Of a DNA stretch of 64,000 bases, positions 1-12,668 are shown one piece after another. The position numbers were made by a program, and so were the translations under genes. Below the pieces are notes generated by a model. The model was given only the letters and a program-made list of their open reading frames with translations. It had not been told where the DNA came from and made no database searches. Location: contig OZ037767.1 of NCBI GenBank assembly GCA_964035545.1, positions 30,644,628 through 30,708,627 of the forward strand. The letters are read 5' to 3'. Position 1 is the first letter of the stretch; each line of letters begins with the position of its first letter. This DNA is from Bugula neritina. Its lineage: Eukaryota; Animalia; Bryozoa.

Positions 1-628
1 AATTTTTGAAGAAAGAAAATTTTTAAAATTTTTCTGGAACTGCTAACCTGTGTGCTTATGCCAAAATATTAATCTCAGAAAAAATGAAACTCGTACTAGC
101 AATAGTCTTCACACAAACCTTAAATTTCTACTGATTTTATGTGCTTGTTCTATATATCATGGAGACTACACCACGCCCGTCTGGGAGGAGACAACTTCAA
201 AATACAAATGTCCCCAGAGGGCTTGTGAAAAGCCTCTATTTATAGAGTTATCCATAGTTTTACAACTGTAGCTATAAGTTGTTATTGAAATGGAGTTATC
301 AACTCTTGTGTGGTCTAATTTTTACTCAAAAGACACAAAGTCTGTCCATACTTAGATGTTTCTGTGGGACATACTGCTGTTGCTATAAAGCCAGTCACAG
401 TGTCTTTCTTTCTGTGATGAAAGCCGATCCGTAATTGGCTCTCTGCCCAAGGCTTTTCAGTTGCCTTGAAAAAGACTACCTGTAATTTAAGTACAGAATA
501 TTCTGAACACAACTCCAACCTTCAATACATTTAGATATATTTTGAAAATTACAGTTAATTGTAGGTAACTTTACCCTTATGTTCTCTGTACACTAATATA
601 ATTTGTTATGCTATGTTGACCATTACAG

Positions 629-3600
629 TGTTGAGACGCGACAAGAGATGCTGTCTAGGTAAATGCTCCTGAAAATTAGCTCTTTTAATCACTTAGATTC
701 TTCCTGATTTGTTTCACCCTGAGACCTTCTCAATAGAGGTTTTGAATCCACCCCTTTTACATAAAGAAGATATAATGTTACTATATTGAATGCTAGCTTT
801 AACTCTTAGTTATATGCATATCACTTCTACCGTACACTCTCTTCATGTAAACCCAGGTAATACCAGTTCCTATCACTTTTCTAACATTTTGAAGTGGCCA
901 CTGCATTCATATTAACACCAAGTCTTGCCCACTATGAAATGTATCACTAACATTTCCATGGTAGCGCCATAGTGACTTGCTGTGCACACAAAATGTTATA
1001 AATTTTATGAGTGATTATGTATTTTTGAGTGGGTGTCTCCTTTTTAGTACACTAAATGCATGTGCTCTGTGTGACTGTACACTACTAATACTACTAATAC
1101 ATTGCAATATATTCTCTTCGCTACTAATACAGGACGTATATGGATAATAATGTATCTGTTATCAACATGTGAATCTACATTGCATCCCTATCTCTTAAAA
1201 TCTGCAAATTATAGTTTTCCTGATTCATTTATTTCATAATCACTTGTGATTTTAATCTGTTTTTTCACAATATGGCAGCTATTAACCTGATGGAAATTTT
1301 AATTCAGAATATAACCTGAGATCTAACAGACATACTAGCTAATCTATGGGTTGGGGAGGGGTTGCCCCCTAATTGCTACCTCTACGCTATGCTTACATGT
1401 TATACTGTGGAATATCTGGCTATACAACATCTCAGTGCTCTAGAATGTTCCCCCCCCCCCCAGTCCCTGACTGACTGGTTTCCCGTGTTTACAGGAAGTT
1501 GAGAGACTTGCATGAGGAAAAGTGGATCAGCAGAGTGACTGCGGGCTTCTGCTGTGCCTCCCTCAGAAAACCCAGCGATGTTAGTAGACATAATAAGTGT
1601 GATTTCTCTGACATCATATAAAATGTTCTAGAAGCAAGTTGACGCTTGTCTTCATGAAAAGAGAGAAGACAATTATCAGTTTTCTGCATCTGTAAACGAA
1701 TAATTAATAGCATACACTTTATATTTTAAACCTCTCAGGTTAAAGAAGTTTTACTTATGCCGAGTTTGGCATGTGGCAACTGTGAACAAGTGTCCTTGTG
1801 ACATCATCAGTAGGGCCTATTCATGCTTCTCAGACTTTTGTCAAGAATAATAAGCTTCAAACTAGCAAGACCTTAGGTATATTATACTAGCCTTTACTGT
1901 TGCAGCTGCTATGTCGTGTTTTGTGTATATAGAAAGCTGTGTTCAACAAGATCGCTATCCTATTGGCCGACTACTTTGATAAGGTGGATGTAGTTTTATC
2001 AGACTTCATTGCTGGAATGTTCCTTCTACGAAAGCAACAGAAGTCAGCGCGCGCTGACACTGTGCAGCAGGTATTTGATTATTTGTCTCGCAGTGTTCTA
2101 TTGGTCAACTGTAGCTGTAACGTAATGCTATTGGTGAACTGTAACTGTAATGTAATGCTATTGGTCAACTGTAGCTGTAACGTAATGCTATTGGTCAACT
2201 GTAATGTAATGCTATTGGTCAACTGTTATTGCAGCCGACGAATGACATTTACCAGTATCTATCGGGGGTGGCCATTTCACCTCGCACTAAATTCCTGACT
2301 CTACAAGACGAGAACATGCAGAGTGAGTTCACCTGCATGTTACACTTTGCCGAATACGCCCTCGCTGCCTACGGTTTCCAGAGACAGCACTGCTGGCGAA
2401 TCAATTTTTGTGGGAGGTATGCTGTCAAGTCTACTATGTATTAAAATAGAGGAGAGGTACGAGAAGTAGATATTAGCAGTTCAACTAAGTCTACAATCTT
2501 CAACACTTCAGTGGTTTGTGATTCATAATTTCTGCACATTTCCCCTGAAATTTCAAATTTTAAAACTTTGTTTTCTATGTATGTTGAGATCTTTGGCTTA
2601 TTTAAGCAGTTTATGTTTGGAATTTTGTTCTGATTATTCAAGTTTCTAATGCATCAACAGACTGCAAGTTGTTAATATCACAATTACGTACATTTTTATT
2701 GTAAGGTTTGAGAGTTTTGCTCTTTTAAAAAAGTTGCAGTACACAGAGTTGATGGACTGCTACTAATCGCGGTATTATTACTCTGTTGAAAGGTGCAGAG
2801 GCTGTCCTAGCAGACAAGGTGAAAGGGTATTGGTTGGTGACAACTGCTGCCAGTGTCAGTACGCTGCCATAACCACCTGCTCACCTCTGTCTTCTGAAGA
2901 TGACTTTATTTATGGAAATTATGAGAACAAGGTGAGATTATGTAATCTGTAAGCAATAATTAAACTATTTTTGATGCTTTGGTAGCAACTGTGTAAATTT
3001 GATAGCAGGCAGTATAGAGCTCTAAGGAATTTATATGATGAGCTAATGCAGATTTCTTTGTTCAAAACTTATTAACTCCGTATCTTACGTGTGACACCCT
3101 GTACTGTATATATCTCACGTGTGACACCCTGTACTGTATATATCTTACGTGTGACACCCTGTACTGTATATATCTTACGTGTGACACCCTGTACTGTATA
3201 TATCTCACGTGTGACACCCTCTACTATATATATCTTACGTGTGACACCCTGTACTGTATATATCTTACGTGTGACACCCTGTACTGTATATATCTTACGT
3301 GTGACACCCTGTACTGTATATATCTTACGTGTGACACCCTGTACTGTATATATCTCACGTGTGACACCCTGTACTGTATATATCTTACGTGTGACGCCCT
3401 GTACTATATATATCTTACATGTGACACCCTGTACTATATATTTTACAGCCGAATTTCCCGAGTTACTTTGTGTGTTTGGATCACACGTACAAGAAGGTAG
3501 TGCTGTGTATTAGGGGGACTCTCTCAATACGAGACGCACTAATAGATCTCCAGGGGGACAGTACAAAGCTAGATGACATCCACCCCTCGTGGAAGGGGCA

Positions 3601-6600
3601 CAGAGTAGGTTTATCACTTCTGAAAGCTTTTTCTTTCTTTAAATGAACAATGAGTCTGTTCTACTCAAGGTTGATACTTAGGATGTTGATGCTGTACGAA
3701 CTGCAGTATTTAAGGTTGCATTTAGCCTTAGAGTTGTGAGGTTACATGTAGTTATAGAGTTGTGAGGTTACATATAATAGTTGTAGAGTCGTGAGGTTAC
3801 ATATAGCTGTAGAGATGTAAGGTAACATATAGTTATAGAGTTGTGAGGTTACATGTAGTTATAGAGTTGTGAGGTGACATGTAGTTATAGAGTTGGAAGG
3901 TTATATATAGTTATAGAGTTGTGAGGTTACATATAGTTGTAGAGTTGTGAGGTTACATATAGTTGTAGAGTTGTGAGGTTACATATAGTTATAGAGTTGG
4001 AAGGTTATATATAGTTATAGAGTTGTGAGGTTACATATAGTTATAGAGTTGTGAGGTTACATATAGTTATAGAGTTGTGAGGTTACATATAGTTGTGATG
4101 GAGATTGATTTTATTTTTCACTCCTCACTTCAATGTTACGTGACTTGAGTAGATTAATCATTGAGCTCTCCAGTTGATTTGACATTATAGTCTAGATCTC
4201 CATGTAGCTAGTAGTTTATCTCTGCTACTCTCTCTTTACAAACTGGTTGCTGCCTCATAGTGGATGTTGCTGTCTATGTTTCAGGGAATGGTTGCTGCCG
4301 CTGATAACATATTCGCAGAGCTGACAGAGCACCAGGTGCTGGAGTCAGCATTTGACAGGTGTCCGGTAAGTTGTGCCTAAATAGAAAAAAGTTTATTGCT
4401 TTTTTTCTCAAATATAAGGTAACAAAAGGTTTTTGGAGTTTTTGTGAGACTTACACACAAATCTCTTTTATGTTTCTTCAAGAGTTGTTTGCAAGTGTTG
4501 GAGTTGTCTGATCTGTGGAGCTGGTTGCTCACTGCAGGTGGAGTTGTGTTCCCTCTCTAGTGTTGTATTCCTTTTATATTCAGACCAGCGGGTACAGTCT
4601 TCTAGTCACCGGTCACTCTCTTGGAGCTGGTGTTGCGCCAATTATTTCCTTCCAATTGCGGGAGAAATACCCTCATTTATACTGCTACGCCTTTTCACCA
4701 CCAGGGGGCCTTCTAAGGTGAGTCTATATTTAGAAAATGCAAATGAAAGGTTTTCTAGCATATTTCAGTAATTCTTTGATTTCTCTTTTACATGCTGTGT
4801 GTACATTGATATATTAACTTCATATTAATTTGTATTGTACTGCTACATACCAGCACTACGAGTTTTATCTTGTAGCCTCGATGCAATGAATGAAAGTAGA
4901 GAGTTTACCACGTCTATTGTCTTGGGTAAAGATATTATTCCTCGACTGGGGCTATCTCAACTCGAATATTTCCGTTCAGATATACTCTCCCTTTTAGAGA
5001 ATTCTTCTACGCCTAAGGTATTCCCAATGTATTCCCTAAGGTATTTCCAAGGTATTCCCTTGTGCCATAGTGTCCTCATGCTACACTAGCATTTGTTGCT
5101 CTTTTGTACACTATTTCGTAGAAGTTGTCGGTTTCTTTAAAATGAACACATTTTGTACATGTTTGGTTGTTGCTATTTATTCTCTGCACCGTATTTCTTA
5201 TTGAAAGTTAGTAGGTTAAGCATTGCTTAGCACAGTTCTACTTACTGTCTTGCTATTGTGAACTCACAATAATATAAACTTTAGCTGTCATACTCCGTTA
5301 GGTTCTGTCATACTCTGTCAACTTGTGTTGTACTCTGTCATACTATGTCACACCTTGTTATACTTTGTGTTATACTCTGTCAAATCAAACTTGTAGTGGC
5401 GTATATTCACAACGACTCTACCCTTGCTGGGTCGCTGCCTGGAATACCAGAACACCGCTGACCTGCCAGTCTCCAGGTCTCAGAACTACAGTTCATTCTT
5501 TACTCGGACTTTGAGCTTTACTCATGAACCCATGTTTATGCCTGGCAGAGTGCTGCATATCGTCAAGAATTACCCTAGAGGTAAATGCGTGTGAAAATCT
5601 TTGTTTTTGTTTATTACGTCTATGATTGGGTGCAGCCCTTGTCAGTTTAAAGAGCTGCCTCCAATCACATCCCAGTATAATTACTTGACCAATCAGAATG
5701 AATGACTTTGCGCAGACCCTTCACTAAACACAAATGATATTTTATTTAAGTCTGTTGCTATAATGTAGTTCACTTGAAATTCTTGCATAAAACTTTGCTG
5801 TTCAATCAAGTTAATTAATTCGAGGGAACCATAAATATATTTATTATGTATTATATTATCTTATTATATCTATGTATTATATCTTTCTATTATGAATTAT
5901 ATTATATTATCATATTTATGTAGTATTCAATCTCTTTATTGTCTATTATAATTATGTAGATACTATATATCTAGATATTATCACATACTTATATCTGTAG
6001 AGAAGCCGAAAAGCAGTCCATTATACCAGGCAGTGTGGGCTGACAACAGCTCCTTTGACACCATTATTGTCTCCCCTAGCATGTTAGAAGATCATCAACC
6101 AAATAATGTCCTCGAAGCTATGCAAAAGGTAGGCTTCACCTGCTTCTGCCTATTAGATTACTATGTTGAGACCCTAAAATTATGTATAAATATAGGAAGG
6201 TACGCAAACGTATTTCCCTATTGAGTTATATAATAAGAATGATATACTTGAATGGCGAGTCTCTCTAATGACATGTCAAGGGTTTGTTATATTGCAGCTG
6301 TTTTGTCTTACCCTTTTACTTACTTTTATAGAGTACAAAATTCTGTGTTAGGTAGAGTTGCCGGATGTAGGTTTTTTAATGATGTCATAAGTGCTTAATA
6401 TTAATATACAATCATCTGACATTGCGTCATAGCTTTGTAGTTTATTTTATTTCAAGGTAAGTCAGTTTGGATTATTTTAGGATGGGTATTATATAATAAC
6501 ATGTTATTTTATATTATATCTTATATTCTGTTGCATTATATTAGTTTGATTTTGTCTGCAGGTTGTAGAAAATCACGGACCAAAGAAACCAAAGAAGATG

Positions 6601-7066
6601 TTATCTGAAGAAGAACGACGAGCTGCTCTACGCTGTGGAGATGGTGAAGTTATCTCCACGGGCACAGGTTTGTCTCACCTTATTCGTACACTCTTCTGCC
6701 TTCTTTATTGTGTGCTTTTAAGCCGTTTCAAAAGTTGAATGGTTGTAAATATTGCAGCTGTTTGTGTAATTTTAATGCTTGAACAGAATGTCAAAGAAAA
6801 AGCTGGAATATAGTCACAATTATTTTTATGCATACATTTTTTCACCATTAATCCAGCATTTTCAGAAAATATCGTTAATCCTCATTAGCTAAAAGTCCAG
6901 CTAGAAGTTAGAGTTGCTGTTTTCAATGTAGAAGAAAATTCTAAAATTAACTTATATGTTTTGATTTCATGGATCACTTGTCTTTCAGTATTGTGGCTTT
7001 CTGTATGCTATAGAATTGTATTGTATCTTGCTTCTTTTCTCTATAGATTCCGACAGATTGATTTAA
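629..7066 (+). CDS. DAGLA: Diacylglycerol lipase (DAGL alpha/InaE-like), copy 1; 5' exons lie upstream of the window; only the short C-terminal exon is present
   Basis: GT-AG exons in consistent phase: 629-658, 1495-1579, 1933-2070, 2235-2416, 2793-2931, 3449-3604, 4285-4365, 4584-4717, 4876-5017, 5397-5580, 6001-6128, 6562-6667, 7047-7066 (DSDRLI*). Motifs: IRGTLS, nucleophile [15 protein letters not shown] (catalytic Asp), [10 protein letters not shown] (catalytic His), [26 protein letters not shown]. No stop or frameshift seen in these exons. The alpha versus beta assignment is tentative. Confidence 0.88.
2097..2226 (+). repeat. 30-nt intronic minisatellite (ctattggtcaactgtagctgtaacgtaatg), ~4.5 copies
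   Basis: Tandem units ending just before the 3' splice site at 2233-2234; ~2.5 copies at the paralogous site (~29309-29383). Confidence 0.9.
3081..3448 (+). repeat. 30-nt intronic minisatellite (gtgacaccctgtactgtatatatcttacgt), ~12 copies
   Basis: Tandem array; the last unit becomes the acceptor (ttttacag). Confidence 0.95.
3729..4097 (+). repeat. 26-nt intronic minisatellite (agttgtgaggttacatatagttatag), ~14 copies, copy-1 specific
   Basis: Tandem array; absent at the paralogous intron (~31330-31340, aaggttgtgatggag). Confidence 0.9.
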
Positions 7067-7778
7067 GGGTAATGTTATGGTGGCAGCAAACAACGTCCCC
7101 AACTTCCTTTCGTGGGCTTTAACTCACAAGCTATATTTTTTCTACTGGTTTTACCTAACATTTCTAACTCTCACACCTCTATATCAATCTGCTCCTAGCT
7201 CATGCTAATATACTATATAATAGATATATGTTATGTAATATGACGCATAATATAAGATGATCTAATACTTTTTGTTTTATACATAACATCCCTTTTAATA
7301 TAACTTCTGTGGTAGTGCAGTGAATTGAGTGCTATTTCTGTCTTTCTAGCTAGTCAGAAACTTTTCATTTGTTATAAATTGTTTCATGAATTTTAGATTT
7401 GTATGTCAAACTCTAAATTTCTTTTTCTCTGATAATTTATTTATTCTCTGATAGTTGTTTCTGTGTGCCAAAGATGGCCAATTTTGAACTTGTAAAACAT
7501 TTTGTAATTATTTCTGCTACATATTTATGTTTAATATATTCATTGCTTGATGTTTGAAATATACTGTACATTGTGTTGGATAATACAATAATACCAATTG
7601 TAGTAGGCCCACAAGCTCATTGCAAAATAAGATTATCTGCTAACTTTTGCGGGAGTCAACAACCCCCCCCCCTCTTGTTTGCCATATTGATGCAGTGGTA
7701 TAGCTTGTATTCTCACCCAATGACCTCTAATCATATAGCTTGTATTCTCACCCTATGACCTCTAATCATATAACTTTT

Positions 7779-8551
7779 CACCGGCTTTCCATGTACCGAT
7801 CTCAGATCGATCTCAGCGAGATCGATCCATGGAAAGACGCCAAAGATCGATCTCCGTCGATCTGAGCTGGTCGATCTGAGCTGGTCGGTCTGTAGAGCTC
7901 GAACTCAGATCGATCTCATGTCAATAAGACCATGGAAAGACGCCAGATCGATCTGAGAAGTAGAAAAAGACTGCTCGCTACAATGTTGTCTGCTAATAAA
8001 AATGATAACTTATTGATAATTACTAAGCAAAGTATTAAATAATTACGATAGCCACCTTTTCAGATGCCAAAACTTTGACTTTCAGTACAACGGTTAAGAA
8101 AACTCAATTATATGCAGTAGAAGGTGAAAAAATGGGAGAATTTAAATTGAATTTAAATGACTATTAAAACTTAGTTTCATTAGCTATTTTCTTTGTAATT
8201 TTAAGCCTAACAGTCCTGTAAGTTTATTAATAATCTGCAAGACAGCCATTAATTTTATACAAGCTGTCAAGCTAAAAAATTATCATTAATTATTTTAAAT
8301 TGGCCAAATTACTATACACTGAAAGCTTTGCTGCGTATAGTTTATAGCTGGGATTAAATTTTAGACTACAACCATCTTGTTTTCAACAGTAGAAGCTTTA
8401 ATCACTCAAATAGGTGAATAAATTATACTTTTAAAGTATCCTTCACTTAAGAGGGGGCAACTTCGCGAGATCGATCTGACACTCTCATGGAAAAACGATC
8501 GATCTGAGCACATCTCAGATCTCAGCGAGATCGGTACATGGAAAGCCCGTG
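7779..8551. mobile_element. Non-autonomous DNA transposon (MITE), CAC...GTG termini, 3-bp TSD; CMC/CACTA-Chapaev3-like
   Basis: TIR caccggctttccatgtaccgatctc / gagatcggtacatggaaagcccgtg; TSD ttt (7776-7778, 8552-8554); empty site in the paralog at ~35281-35290; many subterminal gatcgatct repeats; second copy at 24215-24992. Confidence 0.88.
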
Positions 8552-8674
8552 TTTATTCTCACCCAATGACCTCTAGATCTTAGCTGGGAATACACGTGCC
8601 AAACAGAGGCTACAGTTGCTTTCGGCAACTCTATTAAAGATTTCAAGTCCAACTCCTTACAGCTGTCACTAAAT

Positions 8675-10305
8675 CAGTGGTTCCCAACCTTTTTCATACT
8701 ATTCCCCCTTTTCATAAATGTTGACTACTAATTCCCCCCTTTCAAAGAGCAAAAACATTTTATGACTTAAACTGAATGAGAATATATGATACAATGCAAT
8801 TTATTTTATTCTGTTATATTTGCATATATTATAATTATCATAATAGTAATATTATAGTAATTTTTATGTTATAAAACACAGAGCAGTGCAATTATTAATG
8901 TTATGCGGCTTCATTTGATGATGTTGTGCCAGTTTGCTTGAGCCTGGCTCTGTTTTTGACAACAGGCCCATCTTGAGTCATCCTGCAGGTTAAGGTAATT
9001 TCTCTTCTTTTTGAATTGATGAGAATCCTATCTCACACAGATAGATGGTGCTGGACAGTACCAAAACTCTACTTTGTCAGTTATGTGTGGGAACAGCTTG
9101 CTTGTTGATACCCACAATTATTTGGCACACTGATGTTACATTTTTCTAAACTCTCCACCCCAAGCCCCCAATTCTTGAACCCCAAACTCCAGAATCTCAA
9201 GTACAAACCAAAAATTCTCACCCCAAACCCCTCTTTCAAACTCCAAACCCCCACCCCAATATTAAAAACTTGTGCCATTTTTACCTACTTTTCCATTTGT
9301 GCCATGCATTATTACCTTTGCCATTTTTACTGGACACCACTCACAATACACCAACTGGAGAAAATTTCAAATCACCCTTCATTGCTGAATTGTGAACCAA
9401 CTCAATAAAATCCTCCTGTAACTCCTCTGAAATATTTTCAACAAAGTGTTGCAATGGATCACATTTCAAGTTAAAAATCTAGCTCTTTCTTTTGGGGGGT
9501 AGCTCAGAGAAAAACTCTTAAAACTCTATTACAAGTTCAGAGAGATGCCTATATAGAAGTTTTTTTGAAAAATGATCTGGAACCTGCGGTGTCCGGTAAA
9601 AATGGCACAGGTGAAAATAGCACAGGTAATAATGGCAAAATTGGAAAATTAAGTAAAATTGGCACATTTTCAATATTAGCATTGTAGATTTGAGTTGGGG
9701 GTTAGGTGTTCAATATGAGGGGTTTGGAGGTTTGGGTTTGAGAAAATTTAGCACCAGTGTGCCATTTTTACCAAAAGTTGGAACAGCTTCTTCTCCTATC
9801 AAAGTTCATTGAGTGTGGGAAAAAACACCATGCAATGTTTTTGATAGACGCCACCACTTTATTGTAACCTTGAAAATATTGCTGCTGCTATAATGAAAGG
9901 CAATGATATGATGATTGCACTCCTGCATTTCTAGGTTCAGATTATTTAGTGTAGCAAATATATTCACTAGGTATTACTATACAATTCATAGCGATTGACT
10001 TGCAAGGCTGCTAAAAGTTGGTCTGCTGGTTTTTGCATATTTTTTACTTTCCTTTGAAGTAACACAAAGAACAGTTAGGGTAGAGTAATTAATAAACACA
10101 TTCATGTAGAAGTCAAATGAGATTGCAGAATATGGTTTGGTAAATAGATGAGCTAAGATGAAGATTTATAGATATGCATATACATGCAACTTGCAAGAGC
10201 TCAAAAGACCCCAACAAATGGCGTGAATTTTTCAAAATCCAAATTTCCCCCTAAAATGTCCAAATTCCGCCCTAGGGGGGAATTCCCCCAGGTTGGGAAC
10301 CATTG
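8675..10305 (-). mobile_element. Decayed hAT (Charlie-like) DNA transposon
   Basis: TIRs cagtggttcccaacct / aggttgggaaccattg; 8-bp TSD cactaaat (8667-8674) / tactaaat (10306-10313); empty site tactaaat at ~35402 in the paralog; frameshifted hAT dimerisation-domain remnant on the minus strand at ~8900-9060 (TIYLCEIGFSS...KKRNYLNL). Confidence 0.88.
9121..9772. repeat. ~200-bp degenerate inverted repeats nested in the hAT element (possible foldback/MITE)
   Basis: ccatttttactggacacc (~9321-9338) pairs with ggtgtccggtaaaaatgg (~9588-9605); tggcacactgatg (~9123) pairs with caccagtgtgcca (~9752). No TSD defined. Confidence 0.5.
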
Positions 10306-10651
10306 TACTAAATGAAGATAAAACCTCCCACACAGTGGCTGTCTGCACCTTTAGCCTCTGAGGAGGATCTGTTATTGGTATAGCAAAGTACATACAGCAT
10401 ATCGTCACAGAAAGGTTGAGAACTCAGTCTAATTGTTGCCTGTAGAGTAGATGACACTTCCTGTAGGGGGGGGGGGGGCATTAATGTGCTTACTCAACTT
10501 TGACGTTTCACTTTAAAAAGCTGGAACTTTGCTTAATAGAATTTTTTGTAGTATAAAGATTTTTACATTGTTGTTGGATCTTCATCTTCTTTCAAAATTG
10601 GTTTAAATAATTTTAAAACTTCGTAAATTCTCAACAAATATCAATACTGAC

Positions 10652-10842
10652 CTAGACTGACCAATGGCAGCCCTATCTACAGGACAGGTGGGCTGCCTAG
10701 TCAGCCACTCATTGATACAGGCAGCACAGAAGGCGTGCTCACACTGGGGGGCTTGCAGGGGCTCTTCTAGTACACAACTACATATTGTACACATCAACTC
10801 TTCATCTACATCTCCCTCAAATCTGTTCAGATCAAACCCCAT
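10652..10842 (-). pseudogene. RNF41: Orphan first coding exon of E3 ligase RNF41/Nrdp1 (RING domain only)
   Basis: MGFDLNRFEGDVDEELMCTICSCVLEEPLQAPQCEHAFCAACINEWLTRQPTCPVDR closely matches the RNF41 N-terminus; donor ag|gtcagt at ~10651; acceptor at ~10920. No further RNF41 exons downstream because DAGL-duplicate sequence begins ~100 bp away. Confidence 0.85.
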
Positions 10843-10969
10843 GACCACCAAGTATTCTCATATATACAGTGGGTGACCTTCAACTCGCTGGCCTTGACCT
10901 GTCTACAAGTGAATCCGGCCTATAAGTTAAACCATGTATACCCCATACCACTATAATGTATACGTCTCT

Positions 10970-11250
10970 AATGTATACTGTATACCCTTGTGATATACTG
11001 TATACTCCTCTGATATACTATATACCCCTCTGATATACTATATACCTTATGATATACTGTATACCCCTTTATGATATACTGTATACCCCCTGATATACTA
11101 TATACCCCCTATGATATACTATATACCCCTCTGATATACTATATACCCTCTGATATACTATATACCCCTCTGATATATTATATACCCTCTGATATACTAT
11201 ATACCCCCTATGATATACTGTATACCCTCTATGATATACTGTATACTCCT
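10970..11250. repeat. ~19-20-nt minisatellite (tgatatactatatacccctc)
   Basis: Tandem array in the intron 5' of the RNF41 exon. Confidence 0.85.
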
Positions 11251-11739
11251 TGGGAGCATCATAAAAAAATTACCTAAAAAGTTGGTATTTACTAGCTTTA
11301 TACAAAACACAAACATTATATAAAAGACAGAACGAAAGACTCACTAGCTGCCACTAATGGCAACTAACTTAATGGCCAACGCTGAGGCAGTTGACAACAG
11401 ATAGTGTCAGTAAGGCAGCAGCATCATGTTTAACTTAATTGACATTGAATATAACAAAGAGACATTACAAGAGTAACCCAGTACACTTTCAACTCTAAGT
11501 ACATATTATTAGTACTAATATTATAGCAATGGTGAATGGTCTAATACTAATAGTGAATTGCATTTATTACAACTACAAGTATAAATATAAACTAAAACTA
11601 TATGTGTATTATCATGAATATTATTTAATTTTAACCAGTAGCAGCATTTGCAAAATCAAAACAGATTCGGAGTTTCACTTTTAAGTTGAACTTCAAGTAT
11701 CATAAACATCAAATTCAATTATAATCTTAATAAATATAA

Positions 11740-12180
11740 TTAATATTATAATACTAATAGTAATAGTACTACACTATTACGATTAGTCATTAGTACAACT
11801 ACAAGTATTATTAATATTATTAGTACAAATAGTACTACAAGTACCTCACTACTCAGTTTGTTGTACTAGGAGTCCAATTGGGAATTAAATTACTAATATT
11901 ATGATTATCATTAGCTTAACTTTAACTTTAAGTTTAACTAGTATAACTATAACTAGATTAGGTATAAGTATAACTCAAACTATAAGTATAAGTATAACTC
12001 AACTGTTATTGTATAACTATAGTCCATAACTATAACTATTAGTATTATTAAAACTTAAACTATAAGTATAAGACTAACAGTAAGTGTAACTCTAACTTCA
12101 AGTATAAGATTTAGATTAGGAATAATTTAATAATATTAATACTACTACTAGCCATTAATTAAACTAAAATACTACTAAAT
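11740..12180. repeat. AT-rich hexamer-periodic low-complexity tract (tataac/tataag/tagtat)
   Basis: Degenerate 6-nt periodicity, e.g. aactataagtataagtataactcaactgttattgtataactatagtccataactataac. Confidence 0.65.
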
Positions 12181-12668
12181 TTATTACGTTTCAAAACCCA
12201 CGTATTAATAATCAGCTGTAAGTGTATCAGTATGTTTAGCTGTGTCTACGACTTTGAAAAATTGACATATCTGTCTGAGTGTTTCTGAAAACTTGGCACA
12301 TCCAACTCACAGTGATCCAACTTTGGTTGGTGAGAAGTCCGCAGTAACGCACTTGATCTGAATTTTATTTGATCCAAAATGCTATTTGTGAAAATGACGA
12401 TTTTTTTTTTAATAACATTTCCTGTACTGGGCTTTGCCGCTTTCACTTTCGCTTTAGAATTACAATGAAAGTGACATTCAAATTGGCAAGTTGAAATATT
12501 CAAGTTAAGCAGTTATTCTGGGGTGTGTTATCATATTTATTGACCATCGCAATAAGTTTTGTTATGTTATAATTTAGTATTTTACAGCTATTGAGTAATT
12601 CATACTGATACTTATAATATAATTTGATGTATTTTCCATTACACTTGCTGTATAAATCTGTATAATAG

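Noticed and set aside
1-236. Possible transposon end at the window start (no match in DAGL copy 2)
   Set aside because: The other terminus and any TSD are outside the window, so it cannot be classified.
3091-3513. Repetitive ORFs such as ([10 protein letters not shown])n, also 26283-26720, 30247-31133, 39092-40084, 45839-46087, 63090-63350
   Set aside because: Translations of intronic minisatellites whose unit length is a multiple of 3; no independent coding evidence.
12200-12225. Possible DAGL copy 2 5'UTR donor (cagct|gtaagt), which would place E1 in intron 1
   Set aside because: A single motif with no transcript evidence; not supportable from sequence alone.
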